A stretch of 59,056 nt of DNA, counting the filler, from Sluysia triapertura (lineage: Eukaryota), in the NCBI GenBank assembly GCA_046118255.1. It is 5 parts of 5 records of this genome, joined end to end, with 100 filler letters (N's around TTAATTAATTAA, not from the genome) between each part and the next. Parts side by side here need not be neighbours in the genome. Positions count along the whole stretch, not along the records: positions 45,835 to 59,056 come from JBJNIA010051560.1; 4 more parts are not named here. One strand, written 5' to 3'. Positions 50,871 to 59,056 of the stretch are shown here, piece by piece. The position numbers were made by a program, and so were the translations under genes. Under the pieces are notes generated by a model. It was not told the DNA's origin. It did not search any database and saw only the letters and a list, made by a program, of their open reading frames with translations. Every line of letters begins with the position of its first letter. Positions within the stretch are counted from its first letter, which is position 1.

Positions 50871-52928
50871 GATTAATTTGCTGAGAATTTATAATCTGTG
50901 GTACTAGAAAACTAATTGGAAAATTTGCGATACTTTGGATATTCAACTCGATTTTGTAAGCTATTTTTTGTAAGTTTTTTAAATAGTGATAAACTATTTC
51001 AAAATCTACTTAAAATCTTAATCTCTTTTGCAAACCCAAAGATTAACTCTGGGTCAAAATCATATTAAATTTCATTGAATTCACGTTAAGAGAAATCTTA
51101 AAAGTTATTAAAATTATTATTAATATTATTCAATATTTTCTGCTTATTTGTTTATTATTTTGTACTAAACGAACAGTTTGTTTTTTGGAAAAGATTTTTA
51201 GTGTTTATAATAAAATTTCATAGAGTACATTACGTACTAGTAGTTGTTTTTACTTTATTATTAAAAGAGTTTTGTGATTCAATAGTAAAATTTTACTAAC
51301 AAGATAATCTAAATTAAAAAAGACTTTACAATTTATCAAGGACCCTCTCCATAAAAGTATAGGGATAATCTTCACGTAGAAATATTCAAGTATACATTAA
51401 GTGAAACCAATAATTAAGTCTTCCATAGGAAATAAAACTTAAATTATTGGCGGACCCAATAAGAATATAACAGATTCATAATTGTTAAGTTGTCAAATTA
51501 AATAAAACTTGAACAAATCGCTAAATTAGAAGAATTTAATAAAATTATTTATTAAAATCAACTTATTACAATGTTCAATAATAAAATTATTATACAACGT
51601 TTAATCGTATAAAACCAAATATAGTGTCGATATTTAAATTTTTTTTGTATAATAATATTCGATAAACATATGTTTCAATATTATTGTTATAATAATATTG
51701 TACTTTCGTTATTTTAAAGATGATTTCATTTCTGTGGTCTAAATTTTACAAAAAAATTAAATACAAATTTTCGTATATTTTATATGATACAATTTAAAAG
51801 AAACCTTAATAAATTACAAATTAACGTCAATATATAAATTATTCTCCAAATAAACAATACGAGCGTGGATAATAATAATGAATTCTCCGTAACAATTAAA
51901 TGAATTTTTAAAATAGTTTATTAGTTTACAAATAGTTTTTTGTATTTTTACTATTGTTTTCCTTATGAAATTCAATTTAAATCGCTTACTATTTATACTG
52001 TTCATTGTAGTTAACAATAAATAATCAATATGTTGTAAATAATTATATTGATTTTTTTGAATGTTAAAATAATAATAATAAAAATAATTTGGTTAATAAT
52101 AATTATTATTATAATTTGACGATAACTATTTAATTTTAATTATTTTTATATTATAAACATAAGATTATTACAAAATTACACAAAAAACTATATTATAAAA
52201 TCTATTTTTTTACATCATAAAAAACCGAATTTAAAAAATTAATTAATTGTCTTTGATGTAACGTTTAGTATAATATAAATGTATATAGAATTGAATTTTG
52301 GTACTAATAGAAAATCAACTAAATTAATTGATTAATAATATATTAGTGAAGGAAAGGAAGATAAAAATAAGAATAAAAGTAAATCAATCACACAATTAAG
52401 TAATTACAATTTTAGTTGCGAATTCAAGGTCAGCTATTTTCGTGAAAATTAAGATTTCAAGTTTTGCCATTAATACATAATTGTACCCATTAATGATAAA
52501 CAATAATCAGACTCTCGGAAAACAGATTCAGCAAGATTGACATTCGATATAAAAAATTAAACAGTAAGTTTTTATCTTTTAGGATACTCTCCATTCTTGT
52601 GGGAGAAACATTTTGACACAGTAAATAAACATTCATTTATTTACTTATTTAATTGTTAAAATTGGACATAGTTATATTTTGTAAATTAGACATTCGTATC
52701 ATTATTAGACCCTAAAATTAGATACACATAAGTGAATTATAAAATATAAATAAAGCAAATTTAACAAACTCTTCCATAGCTGTTCACAGGCCTTATACTA
52801 TAAACGGATCCATAAGTTCCTTCTTTTTGCAAATAAGTTTTCATAGAAAAACACAACACAATGTTTATCTCTTAATGGAAATAAAACCTTATATTCAAAG
52901 TTTTCTGTATTGTCTTGTTCTGGTTTTG

Positions 52929-53003
52929 TTAGACTTCATAAAATGGACTGAGTGGGATCGAATCCTGAGCAGTTCTATGCTCTATCCACTGAGCTATCAG
53001 CCA
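52929..53003 (-). ncRNA. tRNA-Ala-like SINE/pseudogene with A and B boxes and an internal deletion
   Basis: Reverse complement TGGCTGATAGCTCAGTGGATAGAGCATAGAACTGC...GGATTCGATCCCACTCAGTCCA-TTTTATGAAGTCTAA. The acceptor stem GGCTGA/TCAGTC has a G3:U70-like pair. Confidence 0.7.
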
Positions 53004-54315
53004 CGTCTAACAATTTTATTTTTAATAGTCAATATTTATATGCGACACTTTAGGCCTTTTATCCCAACAGTGTTATTACAAAATGCGATCGTTTATATAG
53101 TAGTTGGGTAATTGCTTAGTAGATTAAAAATTGGAAAATTGAAACAATTATATGACATAATTATTCATTTTTAGTTGGTCATAAGCCGACGAATTTCAGT
53201 AATTAAATTTTAACAGTAATTTCCATCGGCTTCCAATTTTATTGTCTCCCAAATTACCCAAAGATAATAGGATTTATGATGAACAATCTCCTTATATTTT
53301 TAATATAACTCAATCAAAATTTAATATCAATATTACACTGGTATTTTGTTATTAACATAATATATCAACATAAATATATCAATAAACGTAAAAATAATAA
53401 AACACTATATTTATTTTCTGTATAAAGTTGTTTATGCAATATGTCAAGTGTCAACTCTACGTCACACGTCGATATCAATAATATGTTGAGTTGATATCTT
53501 CGTGAACATCAATTTAATTTTTAATTTAATTATACAGCATATATAAATTTAATTTTAGATTAAAAAAAATAATTAAAATAACTAATTTTTATCTTATTTG
53601 CGTCAACGTGCTTCGTAACATTTCAACATTAGGAATACTATTAAAATTCAACATAATGTTATTTTATCATGCGCATACATTTTTCACGAAATTATTAAAT
53701 TAAACAATTTTTAATTAAATTAATTAATAAATGTACTTTTATATTTTAACAAGTACAGCCTTATAAAGGTTTCTTTTATTTTGATTTAAACACGCTTGTT
53801 CTATTAACACATTTGTCGCAATGTTTGATCTTATTTTTTCAGTAATACTTATTTTATCCACCAAACATGTACACATTGTTGGAATAAGAATGATGAAGAT
53901 GAAACCTTAATGGTCATTTAAACAGCTAAAGAATACCTAGGAGTTTCAAAGACCTTAATAAAACCTTTAAACATAAAATAATATTAAGTCTAAAAATACA
54001 TTAATTATTTAAAATCTTAATTAACTTAATTAAGAAAAATTACGTTTTGTGATTAAAGTTTGAATGCGGAATGCTATGTTAAAATTGAAACTGTGTATGT
54101 AAATGCTTTAAAAATACCTTTCGATGAAGGTATGATTTTAAGGTATGAAGCCTTAATATTAATCAAAGTCAATTTTTAATTTATTCTTAAGTATGAAAGG
54201 ATGAATTTTTCGTATTTAGAATGCTGAAATGAAAATAAATTGAATATCACATGATTGCTATAAAAGAGGAGAATCTATATGTGAGTTTGAAATGTCTGTA
54301 GATGGTTTGTTTGAA

Positions 54316-55653
54316 AATAAGAACCTCAAATATTTTTCATTAGAAAATTTGGTGTGAAAAACTGAAAATCAATTAAACTCTAAAAACTAAAATTAAATTT
54401 ATTATTTTTTTGTATGTTAACAATATTTGTGATTGTTATTTTAATGTGAGAAGCAATTAAAGTAAGAATAATTGTTGATCATTAATCAAATTTTTGTTTT
54501 ATATATCTAATAAAGTTTGACAAGTCTTACCAAAATTATTATTGTCGATTTAATTCTCAAAGAATGTTGTGATGATTTATATGAGAGAATGTTTGATTGT
54601 AAACCTCAAGAGTTATTTGATAGTGAAACAATAGAAAACAGGGTACTTCGAAATTTTGCAACACAATGATAATAATGGCAATAATGCAATAAATGATCCA
54701 ATACTAGTTCCATGCTGCGGTAACATTTTTTATTTATTTATTTTCCTTAAAAAATTAATAGTATTGTCGCGTCTTTGTATTTAATAATAGCAAATTAATA
54801 TCGGTTAATCTATTTAACAAACCCTCAATAATTAATCACTAAATCAAATATAAAATTATCACAAATTTCCTTATTTCGATGATGTTATTTATTCAACCCA
54901 AAGATTAAATTTTTAAAATAAAATAAACAACAACGATTCAATAATTTAATAATTACAAAAAAATCAAATACAAATTACTGTTATAAATCTTTACTAAACA
55001 ACAATAAAATGACTAAAACTACAGGATTAACAATAACGTTTATAATAGTATCAAGTTTATGATAATCTATATAAAGAAATCAGGAGTGTCGCAACACACA
55101 CTGAAAATATCAATATCCAGAAAGTTTAAAATAGTAATGATGCTTAAATATTTTTAAAATAAATTGGGTAAGGTGTCTTCCACAAAGTTAACTTAAAATT
55201 TCTAAAAATAAAATAATTTGGGCTGGGTGTCCCCCACAAGACTAATCTTGAGATATTTATTTAAAATAATAAAAAGTATTACCATATGCGTGGATCTTCT
55301 CCTGTTCGATGCCTATGCATTTGCATGATTGTTAATTGTGTTGTAAAATTTTTAAATTTTTTATTTTATACTCTTTCATTATCCAATTAATCCCAAGTCC
55401 CATTATCAAACATTCTCTCACAAAAATCATCAAACTTCTTTGAGAATTAAACCGACAATAATAACTTTGACAATTACATGGTACGGTCTGTCAAACTTCA
55501 TTATGTACAAACCACAAAAATTTGATTTATCATCAACCATCATCTTGTTAACATACATAAAAAATAATGAATTTAATTTCACTTTTTAGAGTTTAATTGA
55601 TTTTCGATTTTTCACAACATATTTTCTAATGAAAAATGTTTTAAGGTTCTTAT
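54316..55653. repeat. Two inverted, diverged ~250-290 bp copies (54316-54600 and 55405-55653) of a dispersed repeat; third partial copy at ~45915-46048
   Basis: AATAAGAACCT...TTTTCATTAGAAAAT...GAAAATCAATTAAACTCTAAAAA and TTATTATTGTCG...CAAAGAA...GAGAGAATGTTT blocks. Confidence 0.85.
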
Positions 55654-56621
55654 TCTCAAACGAACGTACCATTTGTGGTGGCCAACCTATTTCCCTAATA
55701 AACATTCTCTACAAATTACACCAAAAATCAACAAAAAACAACACTAAACTAAATCAACATAAAGCCATGCTTATAATCATTTGAACACTTCCATAACTAT
55801 CTCTTTTATATCCATTAAAAATATCTTCATTCGTTAAAAACAATTAAATCCACAATCTCATAACAGTCAAACCACATTCAATACCATCAAATCACATTAA
55901 AAATTCATTTAAAGTAATTTGTCTTTTATCTCAAAACAATATAATCACAATCACACTCGATATTAACTAGCAAACATCTTCAAAGCCATCCAAACATTCT
56001 AAATTCACGCTCAACATATCCTGATATTTAACATCATAAATCCACAATTTTTTCCTTTAAAAGCTATCCTATTTCAACAAAGTTAAATATGTTGAGAAAA
56101 TTAAGAGTTACAAGAAAGATTATGTTTTATAAAGATGAAGAACTTTATGTGTTTAGGTTAATGATAATAATAATACTATTATTATTATCACCATTTTTAA
56201 TTTGTATTATTTTGTTTTTAATTAACCGATTAAAATAATTTGGAAACTACCATTATCAGTAGCTAATTCATAAAAATACATTCTAATCAATGTCATCACT
56301 GATAGTGGTTCACTCGTCAATTGTTCAATGAATGAATTTATACAATTCTTCAGAATGAATTTATAGATTGCTTTTATATGTTTCTGGTTGGATAGCCGAT
56401 CAGTAGTTACTTCACCTCAAAAAATTTTTATACACAATATTAAAATTACAAATTAAAATTTTTCCATTTAGTTGTATTTTCTCCATTACTTTTTGGCAAC
56501 ATTAGCAAAGCCACAATTAGAAAATTTTCGTGAAGTGTTATTGTAGTTTTGGCAGCAATTTATTTTCACAATTTTAAAAATAACTGTTTGGTAACCCAAG
56601 TCTAAGCTAATTGAACTATAA

Positions 56622-57068
56622 ATGGAACTTAACGATTATAAAAACAATGAAAATGCTGAAGATGATGTTAACAAAATAGATAAGAGCAAAGACCTTAATG
56701 CTCCACTTGTGAATTCTCAACATAATCAGAATAGTCAAATATGCAATTATAAAGTTGAGTTTCACATGATCGACAATAGTGAAGACGTAAGTATGCTGGT
56801 TATGATTGCTCAAGATGATATGAATAAAAATGATGAACTTAAAGTTATGATTGTTCGAAATGATCATCATAAAGCTGATGATGATAAATACAACGATTAT
56901 ACAATAAGGAATTTTGAAGTTAAGTTTAATTTGATCGACAATAATAAAGATAATAATGTTCCAGTTATGATTACTCAAGATGATCAGAATAAAATCGATG
57001 AAGATGATGTGGTGTTACGCCTCACTATACTACATACATCTCATTCACTATCACCATTAATCACATAA
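56622..57068 (+). CDS. Asp/Asn-rich ORF with an internal ~28-aa duplication; 3' end probably interrupted at 57008
   Basis: NYKVEFHMIDNSEDVSMLVMIAQDDMNK versus NFEVKFNLIDNNKDNNVPVMITQDDQNK. A TGTGGTG start plus C/A-rich sequence begins at 57008. Confidence 0.45.
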   Translation: MELNDYKNNENAEDDVNKIDKSKDLNAPLVNSQHNQNSQICNYKVEFHMIDNSEDVSMLVMIAQDDMNKNDELKVMIVRNDHHKADDDKYNDYTIRNFEVKFNLIDNNKDNNVPVMITQDDQNKIDEDDVVLRLTILHTSHSLSPLIT

Positions 57069-57455
57069 ACCTCATCACAAACAAAAACCATATTAAAATA
57101 AAACACATTCACAATACCTGCATTATCACACTTTTATCCCCGGCAAATCATAAACGCGCAATAGAATCTTTTGTATTAACATTTTCTTATACGTAACGCT
57201 TGTTGCCATCTCATCATCACTACAACACTACTCTTTTTATTATATTTATTACTGTAATTTTAAAACTTTGAATGTCCTACTTACTCATTTTTACTAATAC
57301 CTTTGAATGTGTTTAATCCAGATTTGAAACCGATGAATTTGACGGAGCAGGAAATGTTTCTTGATTTCATGTCCAACAAAATGATCTAAATCATGGTAGT
57401 TTTTCGTCTATACTACATTATAATTAAGTTACATTAAACGAAATTTTATTATTTA

Positions 57456-57791
57456 ATGGATATAAATGAATCTGAATTAATTCAAATGGTACAACGCGAA
57501 AAAGAATTTATAAGTAGAGATACCGAAGAGTCAGATCGGTTAAATTGTAAAAATCGTTTGCACGAAAACATATATAAATACGGAGATCAAATTAATGAAG
57601 TGAATCATAATATGGTGGTGGATCATCCAATGACTAGCTATGTTTATAAAATTACTGTTTCCGATGATTTTAAAGTCAGTAAATTATTCGATTCTTTCAT
57701 GTGTATAAAGTGCATGTTGAAACTCAAGAAATTTCTTACGAAGTTCTACGAAGGTTCAGTGATTTTGTTGGGTAATGAATTATTTATATGA
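57456..57791 (+). CDS. Small intronless ORF whose N-terminus weakly resembles the Hsp70-family lid helix
   Basis: ELIQMVQREKEFISRDTEESDRLNCKNRLHENIY versus Hsp70 EIERMVxEAEKYxxEDxxxRERVxAKNxLESY. Confidence 0.3.
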   Translation: MDINESELIQMVQREKEFISRDTEESDRLNCKNRLHENIYKYGDQINEVNHNMVVDHPMTSYVYKITVSDDFKVSKLFDSFMCIKCMLKLKKFLTKFYEGSVILLGNELFI

Positions 57792-59056
57792 TGAATATCA
57801 TTAGTTTGTATTTTTAAATTACAGCAGCTAATAGCTTGAGAAATAGTTACGTTATTACTAAAGTGATGATTCTTGTTAGAAAATATTACTATTTTCTATA
57901 AAAATTATTTTATTTCAAAAATGAGATAAATTTTTAAACATAGTTTTATTTTGATATTATAATTATCAGTAATACATTATATATATTAAATTTATTTTAT
58001 TTAATGATAGTCTTTGAGTAATATAACGATAATAAAATTATATTTTTTTGGATTTACAATATCAAATAATTGGGAAGATCATGAAGCATTTCAGAAATAT
58101 TATGACGAATTTTAAAATAATATATGTGCCTTCAAACCTTATTATTATAATTTAAATGTAATTAATTTTAAATGTTGTAAATTTTATGTAAAATTAAATA
58201 TAAATTGTTAGTGTAAAGGTTCAAATTTATGTAAAGTTGGTGTACACTTTTTAAATTTATGTTTCATAATTTTTTGTACGTACTTTCACATATTTCCTAT
58301 TCACAATAAGAGTAAAGATAACTAGTAATAGTGATAATGTTAATAATAAGACCAATAATAAATATAATAATAATAATAACAAAAATAATAATAATTTTAG
58401 AAAAAATTTAACAAATTATGAAGAATTTAATATAGGAACAATATCTTTAGGCTTAAAGCCTTTATTAAAAGTTAGGAAAATTGTAATAATAACTTTAGCA
58501 AAATTATGAACAATTATTTTAGAAACAATGTTTTTAGCTTTTATAAAACATGTAAAACGTACTCTGAACAATATAAATGAATTAACAAAATTAGACGGTA
58601 ATTCATATAAATTATTGTTTGATATATTAATTCTAATAAATTAAAATTATATTGTAAAGGTATTTTTAGTGTATTGCTAGTATTTTTTAGTGTATTTTTA
58701 GTTTAATATTAGTAAATTAAAATTTTTATGGTAAAATAAAATTAAAAAAAAATAAAAGTTAATAGTATTTTTAGTTTAGTATTAAAAAACAAATAAATAT
58801 TAAATATTAGATATTAAAAATTATGAAATCATTATAAATAAAAATAATATGAATATCTAAATAATATTTAAAATTATATTAAATAATAGTTATTTTAATA
58901 TTGAAATTTATTTATAATATTTGTTCTAATGAATTGAAATTTATTTGTTTTAATGAATCATTGTAATGTTGATATAAACATTAAACATTAAAAATACTAT
59001 ATAAATAGCTTTTTGGACAGAGTAAAATTTATTATTATTATTTATTATTTCTTAAG

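Overview
This is very AT-rich eukaryotic, animal-like draft genomic DNA, not prokaryotic. It has GT-AG spliced genes, (ATT)n microsatellites and abundant transposon debris. The window is five ~11-13 kb contigs joined by artificial 100-bp spacers (44 N + TTAATTAATTAA + 44 N), so adjacency across spacers is not evidence. Host-type coding content: (i) a six-exon minus-strand gene for a low-complexity AT-hook/KIKL-motif nuclear protein (34925-43198); (ii) a HOIL-1/RBCK1-like RBR RING1 exon (43538-43637); (iii) a partial dynamitin/DCTN2-like locus (24066-24909); (iv) a gene built from repeated phase-0 exons each encoding YQKI(N/D)PxEEI (23107-33775); (v) a Pro/Ser-rich gene 3' end (13256-14293). 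Mobile DNA includes piggyBac, pogo/Tc2/Tigger and hAT remnants and MITEs, LTR-like elements, and fragments of a NeSL/Utopia-like non-LTR retrotransposon (CxC-type C2H2 fingers, Ulp1-like protease, RLE C-terminus). The most unusual pattern is that 5'-truncated tRNA derivatives sit next to NeSL-like fragments and break at about the same tRNA position, just after the D-loop. These are a tandem array of ~8 tRNA-Lys(CTT)-like units and a tRNA-Ala-like element. All family assignments are by eye from remembered motifs; no searches were run.
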